A stretch of 64,000 bases of DNA, taken from a plasmid. The DNA is taken from sequence record CP063550.1; one strand, written 5' to 3'. Under the pieces are notes generated by a model, which worked only from the letters and a program-made list of their open reading frames with translations, did not search any database and had not been told where the DNA came from. Shown in pieces: positions 40,706-50,464 of the stretch (its first letter is position 1; each line of letters opens with the position of its first letter). Position numbers and translations under genes: made by a program.

Positions 40706-40951
40706 GTGACAGATAGGAATAAAAACTTATTAAATGTAGTTATGATCTGTTATATTTCATTTCTAATACTAGGTCTTCCACAAGCAGTGTTTCCTGAAAT
40801 GTTTTCTGGAGACTGGGGTATTGTCAGCTATTCTATATTAACATTGATTGCTATGGTTTTAGGTACTTCATTTTATAATGCTTTTGTAAGTAAGCATGTT
40901 GAGGAATATGAAGTATTAATGTACTTAAAAGAGAAAAAAACAAGTAATTAA
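40706..40951 (+). CDS. Small two-TM membrane protein of unknown function.
   Basis: 81 aa with two hydrophobic segments and a charged C-terminus. The start has no clear RBS. Confidence 0.3.
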   Translation: MTDRNKNLLNVVMICYISFLILGLPQAVFPEMFSGDWGIVSYSILTLIAMVLGTSFYNAFVSKHVEEYEVLMYLKEKKTSN

Positions 40952-41104
40952 TATGAGAACACCACGCATAGTTTTTATTTTGAGATATTCTAGAATGAAA
41001 CACATTAAGAACGAAAGCAAAGCAAAAGACGCCAGAACTTCTACTACCTTCTAAGTTTTTTCATATTTGTTTGTTATGCTATACATAGATCTGCATAATT
41101 AGAC

Positions 41105-41146
41105 TTGCGCTGCCCGTTATTGAAGTTTCAGGCAGCGCTCTTTTTG
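41105..41146 (+). terminator. Rho-independent terminator.
   Basis: The stem gcgctgcc/ggcagcgc is followed by tcttttt. Confidence 0.65.
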
Positions 41147-41539
41147 GGGGATCGATAATGGAAGAAGAAAAAATATTTGAGAAACGCTGGCAGCTAGCAT
41201 CAAGTGAACAAAGAGCAAGATACAATAATTTGATCACCTCCTACCCCACTGTTGACTAGACATATAAGGAAAAGAAATACTTACTTTGGCTGTGCCAGTT
41301 AGATATAGATACCTTTGAAACATTTGAAGTGATCCTAGATAAAATTAAACAGAATTGATCAGAAACAAGCGAAGCCTTCTCTCGGTTCGCTTGTTTTGCT
41401 ATTTATTAGTTGGCTCAGGGCAACTCTAAGCTCGTTTGAAAGAAAACCGATGGATAATCCCCTTGTTTGTACCACTTTAGAATACATGGATGTACGTATT
41501 GCCATTGACTCCTATTAGTTACTGAAAAAAAATTTAAAC

Positions 41540-42005
41540 AAGTTGAGTATTGCAGATAAATAGCTCCAGTGAGGTGAATAACTGCTCCACTCAAGGCAAT
41601 AGATAGCTCCATCCAGGGCAACAAACTGCTCCACTTTCATATTTAATAGATGAATAACCTTCTGTATAATAGAAAGGCATACCTTTCGGTATGACAACTT
41701 ATACAGAATGTTATTTTATTGGTTCACTATCGAAAAATTTTGGAGCTTTATTTTTCCGGTATTTCTCAACGAACGATTAGTTTAACTGTGGGAAGCTCCA
41801 GACATACGATTCGAGAAGTTACTTCTCGAGCAGACAGGAAGGGGGTGACTGAACTAACCGCTGATATGAGCGATACTTGGCTGTAGGAATATCTTTTTCC
41901 GGAAAAACAAACAACAGCACGAGGTTACCTTCCTGTAGACTGGGAATATGTTCATAAAGAACTAATGAAAAAGAATATGACATTGAAACTCCTTCATAGA
42001 GAATA
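41540..42005 (+). mobile_element. IS21-family left-end remnant: terminal direct repeats and the 5' part of istA, frameshifted and truncated by a Tn3-family IR.
   Basis: Translation gives ...KILELYFSGISQRTISLTVGSSRHTIREVTSRA (IstA HTH) and, after a frameshift, ...YLPVDWEYVHKELMKKNMTLKLLHREY. Two 37-bp imperfect direct repeats at 41563-41640 (tagctcca...aactgctccact) are consistent with IS21 multiple terminal repeats. Confidence 0.5.
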
Positions 42006-43347
42006 TGGGGTACATGGAACATAGAAACGAAAATGCACGGTAGAAAAGCGAATGAATATAGTATAAATTCTACAAATCATTCGCTTTCTTTATTTTATAT
42101 ATGGTTGGTCGAGAGAGACCATTTTCTTTGGCAATTTCTGCAACTGGAACTCCTTGATTTAACATGTCCACCACAGTTTTAAAGACTAATCGTTTTTGCG
42201 GATCTGTTGAGTTCTCAGAATATTCAATTGGTCGCCCCTTATATCGACCAGCTTTTTTGGCCAATAATACTCCTTGCCGCTGACGTTCACGGATTTTCTC
42301 ACGTTCGTTTTGTGCAATATAACTTAGCAATGATAAAAACATATCGAACATAGCAGTATCTAGGAGTTCATTTCCAGTATTAAAATCTAAAAACTGTGCA
42401 TCTAGTATTTTTAATGCTACTTTTTTCTGTTTCATAAAGGTAACTGTATTTTTTATGTCTTCATAATCTCTGCCTAGGCGATCCAGTGATGCAACAATGA
42501 CACAATCACCTTCTCGGATATAATTTAGTAATTTTTGAAACTCAGGTCGCTGGATATCTTTACCACTGGCTTTTTCTTGGAATAATTTATCAATGTTAAG
42601 GTCTTCCATCATTGCCAATTGTCGATCTAAATTTTGATCTTGTGAAGACACTCTAATATATCCAATTTTTGCCATAAAAACTCCTTTTAAAAAATGATAT
42701 AATTTACATGTAAAATTTACTTGTAGTTTTACTGTTATCATAGCATTTTTAAAAATAAATTTTAAGTCTACTTATAATTTACTTTGGAGGTTTTGAATGA
42801 ATGAAATTAAGCGCAATAAAAATTCTTTTGGTGTTTATTTAGGAGAGCCTAGCTCGGAACAGTTAAATAAAGGTGAAGCTCGTCATGCTCTATGTCGAAA
42901 TATATTTTATGGTAGAAAAGGCAAACTTTATCAAACTTATTACGACGGTATGGAGGAACAGCTCAACGCATTAGGATTAGTAACTAATGCTATCATATAT
43001 TGGAATTCACTATATTTAGAAAAAGTCTTTGAACAAATTAAAACGGAAGGGTTCGACTGTTCCGAAGAAGTGTTACGCAAGCAATTTCCATTAATTAGTG
43101 ATCACATTAATTTTGTTGGCAAATATAGTTTCCGCTATGAAAAAGAATTATCGAATGGAATACTACGTCCGTTAAATATAGAGAATTATTGAGAATGTTC
43201 GTCTTTTGGTTCCTACCGTGCATTTTCGCACGGATGTTCCAGATACTATTTTTGAATGTATAAAATTGAAAACACAAGAATACTAATAAATCAACGATTC
43301 TTGTGTTTTTAATTTTTCACTACCGTGCATTTTCGTTTCTATGTTCC
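42006..43347 (-). mobile_element. Tn3-family remnant with 38-bp terminal IRs, a resolvase gene (42070-42678, minus strand), a res-like palindrome and a 131-aa transposase C-terminal fragment (42797-43192, plus strand).
   Basis: The IR GGGGTACATGGAACATAGAAACGAAAATGCACGGTAG lies at 42006-42043, with its inverted copy at 43309-43347 and a degenerate third copy at 43215-43250. The resolvase has the N-terminal IGYIRVSSQDQNLDRQ catalytic serine motif. The TnpA fragment has the ...LVTNAIIYWNSLYL...ISDHINFVGKYSF Tn3-TnpA C-terminal signature. Confidence 0.7.
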
Positions 43348-43359
43348 ATGTACCCCAAT

Positions 43360-43600
43360 CTTGAAAAATTAATTAAAGACTTAGATAAAGCCATTGACGA
43401 CTTAGTCGTGGTGCTACCGGAGTATCAATGTTTAACCAGTATCCCAGGTATTGGTCCTGTTTAGGCTGCTGGAATACTCGCTGAAATTGGTCCAATTGAA
43501 CGTTTTTCTGATGAAATAAAATTGACAAAGTATGCCGGCCTATATTGGCGACAGAGTCAATCCGGTAAATCTGAATACGAAAATTTTTTTACGAAAAGCT
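43360..43600 (+). pseudogene. IS110-family transposase C-terminal fragment with an internal stop.
   Basis: LTSIPGIGPV*AAGILAEIGPIERFSDEIKLTKYAGL is the IS110-family signature. A premature TAG interrupts it. Confidence 0.55.
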
Positions 43601-43713
43601 TCACGTCTAATATCTATTTTAAAATAAAAATATTCCTGCTAATTTGGAATCGTTTCCTTCTTTTGGTATAATAATACCTGAAATTCTTTTGAGAGGAGTT
43701 GTTCGTGAAGTGA

Positions 43714-44681
43714 AAACTACTATGAAGGATGTTGCTGCGTTAGCAGGAGTTGGTGTGGGTACGGTATCTAGAGTAATAAATGGAGTAAAGGTGAAAGAGG
43801 TTACCAAAGAAAAAGTAATGGCTGCAATTAGTGAGCTTAATTATGAGCCTGATGAATATGCCAGAGGTATGAAAACGAATAGTAGCAATACAATAGCTCT
43901 TATTTTACCTACGATTTGGCATCCCTTCTTTTCCGAGTTTGCCTACTATGTAGAGGAAGCTCTCAGCCAAAAAAATTATAAGCTTTTTTTGTGTAATGCG
44001 AACGGCAGTGCGGAAAAAGAAAAAGAATATATCCAAATGGTCAAGCAGAGTAAAGTAGACGGAATTATAGGTATTACCTATTCAGACATTGATAAATATG
44101 TATCATCAAATTTACCATTTGTCAGTATAGACCGCCATTTTTCGGAACAGGTTTCTTATGTAACGGCAGATAATTATTTAGGTGGGCAAATTGCCGCTCA
44201 AGAACTACTTACTCGTAACTGTAAAAACTTGTGCTATGTTGGGGGTGTTTCACCTTACCCTAACGAAACAAACAATCGTAAAGCTGGTTTTTACAATATT
44301 TGTGAGGAAAATAAAATAGCTGTGAAGGTATTGGATATGCCTGAACCAATTAGCAATTTAGAGGAACAATTGCTCGCTTTTTTTTCGGATAATCCTGAAA
44401 TTGATAGCATTTTTACCATCAATGATTTCATGGCTTTGGATGTGATAAAAGCCCAAAAAAAACTAGGGAAGGAAGCACCTAAGGATTTTCAAATTATTGG
44501 TTTTGATGGAGTCAAGCTATCGTTGCAAAAAGACTATTTACTATCAACGATTGTACAGCCGATAGAGGAAATGGCCAAGGTTTCAGTAGAAACACTCATG
44601 GCGATGATTTTAAATGAAGAACCGCCTAAGCGTGTGGTAGTACCGGTTTTCTTTCACGCTGGAGAGACGACTAAAGAGTAA
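43714..44681 (+). CDS. LacI-family transcriptional regulator (ScrR/sucrose-operon-repressor-like).
   Basis: It has an N-terminal MKDVAALAGVGVGTVSRVING HTH and a periplasmic-binding-fold C-terminus. Confidence 0.75.
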
Positions 44682-44747
44682 AAAACCGGTTTATAACGAT
44701 TTTTTTGAGATAGGTTGACAGAAAGTGATTTCAATGATATCTTAAAA

Positions 44748-44802
44748 CCAATTAATTGGAAACGTTACCAATTAATTGAAAAATAAAACGGAAACGTTTC
44801 AA
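44748..44802 (+). promoter_or_regulatory. Operator-like palindromes upstream of the ABC transporter operon (LacI-family/cre-type sites).
   Basis: There is a perfect palindrome ccaattaattgg and a repeat ccaattaattga. The LacI/cre-like dyads are TGGAAACGTTACCA (44757-44770) and CGGAAACGTTTCAA (44789-44802). Confidence 0.5.
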
Positions 44803-44820
44803 AAAATAGGAGGAACATCG

Positions 44821-46134
44821 ATGAAAAAGAGAATGTTAGCAATTGCAGCAATTTTAGCATTAACAGCTGGAGGACTTGCAGGATGTGGCAGTAAGGAGAA
44901 AAGTTCAGGTAGCAGTGATCCAGGAGAAATTAAGATTTGGGTTCAGTTTTCTGATGAAACGCCTGAAGGAAAAGCTTGGGCAGAGATTGTGAACAATTTT
45001 AATGATGAATACGAGGGTGAATATAAAGCTGTTACTGAGTATATTCCTCGTAGCGGAAGCGGCGGTGGATATGAGGATAAAGTAAATGCTGCAATTACAA
45101 CCAATACCCTTCCTGATGTTATTACGTTAGATGGACCGAATACTGCAGCTTATGCTCATTCAGGAGTCATTGCTCCATTAGATGATTATTTGAAAGATGC
45201 GGACATGGATGATGTATTAGACAGCATTATTCAGCAAGGAACCTACGATGGCAAAATGTATGCGTTTGGTTTCTCAGAGTCCAGTGTGGGTGTCTATTAC
45301 AATAAGTCGCTGTTCAAAGATGCTGGAATTACAGAAGATCAATTGCCGACGTTAGAAGATCCTTGGACTTGGACGGAATTTCAAGCAATTTGCCAAAAGC
45401 TGACTGATAAATACAAAACGCCTGCAATTGATATGCAAATGGCGTCGGGAGACGAAATGCTGACCTACGCATATACACCATTTATATGGTCGAATGGCGG
45501 CGATGTCGTTAATGCTGATGGAACCAAAGCCGAAGACTATTTTAACGGTAAAAAATCCGTTGAAGCGTTGGAATTTATTCAAGAATTGGTTGAAAAAGGT
45601 TACACCACAATCAGTCCTATTGAAAAAGGATTTGAAACTGGCAAATATGCCATGATGCTGAGCGGTTCTTGGACAATGGCAGATTTAGAGGAAAACTATC
45701 AAGAGATTGATTATGGTATTTTGCCTTACCCCGTTTCAGATGCAACTGGGGAGTTAGTTTCACCAACCGGAAGCTGGCAGTTAGCAATGACTGAGAAAAC
45801 AGAGAAAAAGGATGCTTCTGCGGCCTTTATTAAGTTTGCAACCAGTACAGAATCTAGTCGTATTATGAGTTTAGGGAACAGTGTTCTACCTATCAGAAAT
45901 TCAACAGTTGATTTAATTAAAGATGAAGTGTCGGAAGGAATGCAGGTATTAATTAAGCAAAACCAACTTTCTGGACATGCCCGCCCAGTGGTTGTAGCTT
46001 ATCCGCAAGTATCTAGAGCATTCCAACAAGCAGTTCAAGATATTAGCTACTTCGAGGAAAACCCAGATGTACAAAAAGTAGCAGATAGTCGCGCTGCTGA
46101 AATGCAACAGGCAATTGATACTTCACTAAAATAG
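44821..46134 (+). CDS. ABC transporter sugar-binding lipoprotein (family 1 SBP).
   Basis: It has a signal peptide with the lipobox LAGC and is about 440 aa. The RBS aggagg precedes the start. Confidence 0.75.
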   Translation: MKKRMLAIAAILALTAGGLAGCGSKEKSSGSSDPGEIKIWVQFSDETPEGKAWAEIVNNFNDEYEGEYKAVTEYIPRSGSGGGYEDKVNAAITTNTLPDVITLDGPNTAAYAHSGVIAPLDDYLKDADMDDVLDSIIQQGTYDGKMYAFGFSESSVGVYYNKSLFKDAGITEDQLPTLEDPWTWTEFQAICQKLTDKYKTPAIDMQMASGDEMLTYAYTPFIWSNGGDVVNADGTKAEDYFNGKKSVEALEFIQELVEKGYTTISPIEKGFETGKYAMMLSGSWTMADLEENYQEIDYGILPYPVSDATGELVSPTGSWQLAMTEKTEKKDASAAFIKFATSTESSRIMSLGNSVLPIRNSTVDLIKDEVSEGMQVLIKQNQLSGHARPVVVAYPQVSRAFQQAVQDISYFEENPDVQKVADSRAAEMQQAIDTSLK

Positions 46135-46158
46135 AAGTTTCTAAAGGGGGCCAATCAA

Positions 46159-47043
46159 GTGTTAAAAAAACCGACAATGAAAGACAATTTGATAGGTTAC
46201 GGCTTTCTAGCGCCAGCTTTGCTGCTGCTGACGATTTTTCTGATCATACCCGTAATCATGGTAATTTATTATGCCTTTACTGATTATTATTTGTTAACGC
46301 CAGATGCTAGACAATTTATCGGCTTAGAAAATTTTAAGCGACTGTTCGCTGATCCAATTTTTGTAAAAAGTATTTGGAACACGGCTAAATTTGTTGTTTG
46401 GATTATTCCGGTCCAAATAGGGGCAGCTTTAGGAATGGCACTTATTATCAACAAAAATCGTAAAGGAAATATCTTTTTTAAAGTAGCCTTTTTTGCGCCA
46501 GTCGTGATGTCCTTAGTCGTTATTTCGATTTTATGGTTGTACTTGTTAAATCCTAATGAAGGTCTGGTTAATACGCTATTTGCAAAGATTGGAATTGCTT
46601 CGCAGCCTTTTTTGACTAGTCCCAAACAAGCAATGTATACGCTTGTTTTCGTATCGGCATGGCAAGGTGCAGGATATCAGATGCTGCTGTTTTTAGGGGG
46701 AATGCAAAATATTCCGCAAGACGTTTATGAGGCAGCCGAAATTGATGGTTTTTCTAAGTTTCAGCAATTTCGCTATATCACCATGCCATTATTAAAGCCC
46801 ACGGCGATTTTTATTTTACTTACCACATTGATTTCGGCCTTTAAACTAATCATTCAGCCAATGGTAATGACTCAAGGTGGACCAATGAATTCTACTATGA
46901 CAATGGTTTATTACATTTACCAAACTGGATTTACAGACCGTATGGTAGGCTACTCCAGCTCCATTGCGTTAATCTTTACCACTATGATTGGTTTAATTAC
47001 AATTGCTCAAAGAAAATTGGTAAAGGAGGATGATCCAGCATGA
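46159..47043 (+). CDS. ABC sugar transporter permease (MalF/UgpA-like).
   Basis: It has six TM segments and the EAA-like loop (AAEIDGFSKFQQFRYITMP). Confidence 0.75.
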   Translation: MLKKPTMKDNLIGYGFLAPALLLLTIFLIIPVIMVIYYAFTDYYLLTPDARQFIGLENFKRLFADPIFVKSIWNTAKFVVWIIPVQIGAALGMALIINKNRKGNIFFKVAFFAPVVMSLVVISILWLYLLNPNEGLVNTLFAKIGIASQPFLTSPKQAMYTLVFVSAWQGAGYQMLLFLGGMQNIPQDVYEAAEIDGFSKFQQFRYITMPLLKPTAIFILLTTLISAFKLIIQPMVMTQGGPMNSTMTMVYYIYQTGFTDRMVGYSSSIALIFTTMIGLITIAQRKLVKEDDPA

Positions 47044-47888
47044 CCAAGAAATTTGGACCGCTAATGATCGTAGAATATTGTTTGCTGTTCCTTTTAGCGG
47101 CATTATTCATTTTCCCGATGCTGTGGATGGTAGTTTCCTCTATGAAGCCTGAAGCAGATGTCTATCAAAATTTAGCTTCCTTCAAAGCTTTTTTACCTAG
47201 TTTGAATCCAGCTAATTGGTTTAAAACTTATCAAGAGGTTATTTCCCGGTTCAGTGTGGGAACTTATTTATTAAACAGTATTTTTTATGGTTTAACCTTT
47301 GCCTGTGGGTCAATCATTGTAAACTCTTTGGCGGGTTTTGCCTTTGCGAAGGTTAATTTTTCAGGCAAGAAAATTATCTTTGGAGCTTTGTTAGCTCTGC
47401 TGATTGTCCCGATGGAGACGGTTTTAATTCCGCAATTTACCATCGTTAATTCACTAGGCTTAGTGAATACTCGCTTGGCAGTGATTTTACCAGCGATGGC
47501 CAGCGCGTTTAATATCTATCTGTTTAGAAATTTCTTTATCGCGATTCCAGAAGAAATCATTGAATCAGCGAAATTAGATGGTGCAAATATTGTTAAAATT
47601 TTCTTTCACATCATGCTGCCAATGTCTAAACCAGCCATAGCCACAGTAGGTGTCTTATCCTTTATCTCCAGCTGGAATGATTATATTTGGCCGTTAATGG
47701 TCTTAACTGACAGCAGCAAATTTTCAATGCAAGTGGCAATTACTACGATCAATACTACACAGCCAGTTTATATCAATCAAGTGATGGCTGTTTTAACCAT
47801 TGCAACGATTCCACTGATTATTGTTTATATCGTTGCACAAAAATATATTCTGCAGGGACTTGGCGGTTCTGGAACGGGTATAAAATAG
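47040..47888 (+). CDS. ABC sugar transporter permease (MalG/UgpE-like).
   Basis: It has TM segments and the EAA loop (ESAKLDGANIVKIFFHIMLPM). It overlaps the previous gene by 4 nt. Confidence 0.75.
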   Translation: MTKKFGPLMIVEYCLLFLLAALFIFPMLWMVVSSMKPEADVYQNLASFKAFLPSLNPANWFKTYQEVISRFSVGTYLLNSIFYGLTFACGSIIVNSLAGFAFAKVNFSGKKIIFGALLALLIVPMETVLIPQFTIVNSLGLVNTRLAVILPAMASAFNIYLFRNFFIAIPEEIIESAKLDGANIVKIFFHIMLPMSKPAIATVGVLSFISSWNDYIWPLMVLTDSSKFSMQVAITTINTTQPVYINQVMAVLTIATIPLIIVYIVAQKYILQGLGGSGTGIK

Positions 47889-47901
47889 GAGTGAATAGTG
47901 A

Positions 47902-49374
47902 ATGTTGCAAAAACTTTTAAAGGCCAATGAGTTTATTGAGAAAAATGCTCAAACAGTCAATCAAGAATACCGGAATAAATTTCATTTGATGGCTCCGATT
48001 GGCTGGATGAATGATCCAAATGGTTTTGTTTATTATCAAGAGGAGTATCACTTGTTTTATCAATATTATCCTTACGACAGCATCTGGGGACCAATGCATT
48101 GGGGCCATGCTAAAAGCAAGGATCTAATTCACTGGGAGCATTTGCCAGTAGCACTGGCACCAGGTGAAAGCTATGACAAGGAAGGCTGTTTTTCCGGCAG
48201 TGCCATAGAAAAGGATGGCAAGCTGTATTTGATTTATACAGGACACAATGTTGTGGAAGGGCAAGTTCGACAAGTTCAGTGTTTGGCAGTTTCAGAAGAT
48301 GGCATTCACTTTGAAAAATATGCCGGAAATCCAATCATCGCAGAAGATCACTTAGCTTCTGTTGCAACGACCGAAGATTTCCGCGATCCCAAAGTGTTTC
48401 AGCGAAAAGAAGACTATTTTACTGTAGTCGCTACTAAAACTGCAGATGCTCGTGGACAAATTGTGATGTTCCATTCCAAAGATTTACTAACTTGGGAGTT
48501 TTATTCCGTATTGCTGGAGGGAACTCCAGAACAAGGCATTGTATGGGAATGCCCAGACTTGTTTGAACTAGATGGCAAAGAAGTCTTGATTCTTTCTCCT
48601 ATTCAAATGACTCCACAAGGCAATGCTTACCAAAATACGAACTCAACTGTTGCTTTCATCGGTACTGTCGATTGGCAAACAGGCAAATTTCTAGTAGAGA
48701 ATTTTCATGAAATCGATGGCGGTTTAGATTTTTATGCACCCCAGACCTGTGAAAACGAAGCAGGCCAAAGAATAATGATTGCTTGGATGCAAATGTGGCA
48801 GCGTAAAATACCTACGAATGATCTGGGCCATGGTTGGTCAGGTTCCATGACCTTGCCTAGAGAGCTGAGGGTGGCTGATAATCAATTGTTGCAACGGCCA
48901 GTTTCATCAATTTATCAAGTAATTGATCCGCAGGAAAGGATTGAATGGGCGAAGACTGAAGAGAATCGCTTCTTACTGAAGGACTTAGTATATGACCAGC
49001 ACTATTTACGCTTGGAAATCAATTTAAAACAGGCAACGAAACTAGAACTTCACTATGCGAAGGGACCCGACCATACATTACTGCTTAACTATGATGTTGA
49101 ACGGGAGTGCTTTACTGCTTCCAGGGAACACATGCCGTATGATTTATCAGGAGCTGAAAAGGAAGTGTTGAAAAAGCGCAGTGTGACGATTCCTTTGGAA
49201 AATAATTGTCTAACCATCGAAATTTTCCGTGATACTTCAGCTATTGAGCTTTTTCTAAATGATCGTCTGACTATGAGTACAACTTTTTATGAGACAGAAA
49301 AAGGACAGGATTTTCTTTTGCTGGCAGACAGTGAAGTAACCTTTTCATTGGAAAGCGGCTTAATTAATCTATAG
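47902..49374 (+). CDS. Glycoside hydrolase family 32 (sucrose-6-phosphate hydrolase/beta-fructofuranosidase).
   Basis: The GH32 motifs WMNDPNG, FRDPKVF and WECPDLF (EC motif) are all present. Confidence 0.85.
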   Translation: MLQKLLKANEFIEKNAQTVNQEYRNKFHLMAPIGWMNDPNGFVYYQEEYHLFYQYYPYDSIWGPMHWGHAKSKDLIHWEHLPVALAPGESYDKEGCFSGSAIEKDGKLYLIYTGHNVVEGQVRQVQCLAVSEDGIHFEKYAGNPIIAEDHLASVATTEDFRDPKVFQRKEDYFTVVATKTADARGQIVMFHSKDLLTWEFYSVLLEGTPEQGIVWECPDLFELDGKEVLILSPIQMTPQGNAYQNTNSTVAFIGTVDWQTGKFLVENFHEIDGGLDFYAPQTCENEAGQRIMIAWMQMWQRKIPTNDLGHGWSGSMTLPRELRVADNQLLQRPVSSIYQVIDPQERIEWAKTEENRFLLKDLVYDQHYLRLEINLKQATKLELHYAKGPDHTLLLNYDVERECFTASREHMPYDLSGAEKEVLKKRSVTIPLENNCLTIEIFRDTSAIELFLNDRLTMSTTFYETEKGQDFLLLADSEVTFSLESGLINL

Positions 49375-49387
49375 AAGGGAGAGCTCA

Positions 49388-50263
49388 GTGATGATTTATG
49401 GTTCAATCGAAGCAGGCGGCACAAAATTTGTGTGTGCCATTAGCGATGAAGAAATGACGATCAAGGAAAGAGTGAGCTTTCCGACAACGACACCTGAGGA
49501 AACAATACCTTTAGTCATTGACTTCTTCAAACAATACCAAGCAGATTTAGCAGGGATTGGGATTGGCTCATTTGGGCCTATCGATATCCATCGCGATTCC
49601 GCCACTTATGGGTACATTACCTCGACCCCGAAAGTGGCATGGCAAAATTTTGATTTCATCGGTACCATGAAAAAAGAATTTCCGATCCCGATTTCTTGGA
49701 CAACAGATGTCAATGCGGCTGCCTATGGTGAGTATGTCTTCGGCAGTGGCAAAGGATTGAGCAGTGTCGTTTACTATACGATCGGTACGGGTGTTGGCGG
49801 CGGTGCCTTACAAGAAGGGCGCTTTATCGAAGGGTTTAGTCATCCAGAAATGGGGCATATGCTCGTCGTCCCTCATCCAAAAGATGACTTTGCTGGCAGC
49901 TGTCCATTTCATGGCAACTGTTTAGAAGGGATGGCCGCTGGACCCGCCATCGAAAAACGCTTAGGGAAAAAAGGACAAGAGGTTGCAGAAGATGATCCTT
50001 ATTGGGAAATCGAAGCCTCCTATATTGCTCAATGTGCCTACAATACAACCTTGATGTTTTCTCCAGATGTGATCATTTTTGGCGGTGGTGTGATGAAACA
50101 ACGCCATATGCTGCAAAACGTCCACGACGCATTTGCAAAATTGGTCAATGGGTATGTCGAAACACCTGAGTTAAGCAAATATATCGTGACCCCAGCATTA
50201 GAAGACAACGCTGGAACGCTCGGTTGTTTGGCATTGGCTCGAGAAGCGGTCTTACATTCATAA
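49388..50263 (+). CDS. ROK-family fructokinase.
   Basis: It has an N-terminal IEAGGTKFVCAI ATP-binding block and a ROK zinc motif (CPFHGNC). Confidence 0.75.
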   Translation: MMIYGSIEAGGTKFVCAISDEEMTIKERVSFPTTTPEETIPLVIDFFKQYQADLAGIGIGSFGPIDIHRDSATYGYITSTPKVAWQNFDFIGTMKKEFPIPISWTTDVNAAAYGEYVFGSGKGLSSVVYYTIGTGVGGGALQEGRFIEGFSHPEMGHMLVVPHPKDDFAGSCPFHGNCLEGMAAGPAIEKRLGKKGQEVAEDDPYWEIEASYIAQCAYNTTLMFSPDVIIFGGGVMKQRHMLQNVHDAFAKLVNGYVETPELSKYIVTPALEDNAGTLGCLALAREAVLHS

Positions 50264-50464
50264 ACGAAAAAAGGCTCTTCGACATTTAGTGTTGGTAGAG
50301 AAAGATACAACTGAAAATTTAGTCATAACCAGTTAGGCAGAGTGCTTAACTGGTTTTTGTTTTACTTGGAAGATCAAGCCTTGAATGAGATAAGTTCTTG
50401 CTCGAAAGTTATGGAAATTTCGATAGCCGTAGGCTACTTGTATTGTGCAATAGTTTTTTACAAA

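Noticed and set aside
41563-41640. Two 37-bp direct repeats that could be mistaken for a mini CRISPR array or iterons
   Set aside because: There are only two imperfect units with no spacer-like unique inserts and no cas genes. They lie immediately upstream of an IS21 istA HTH region and are better explained as IS21-family multiple terminal repeats.
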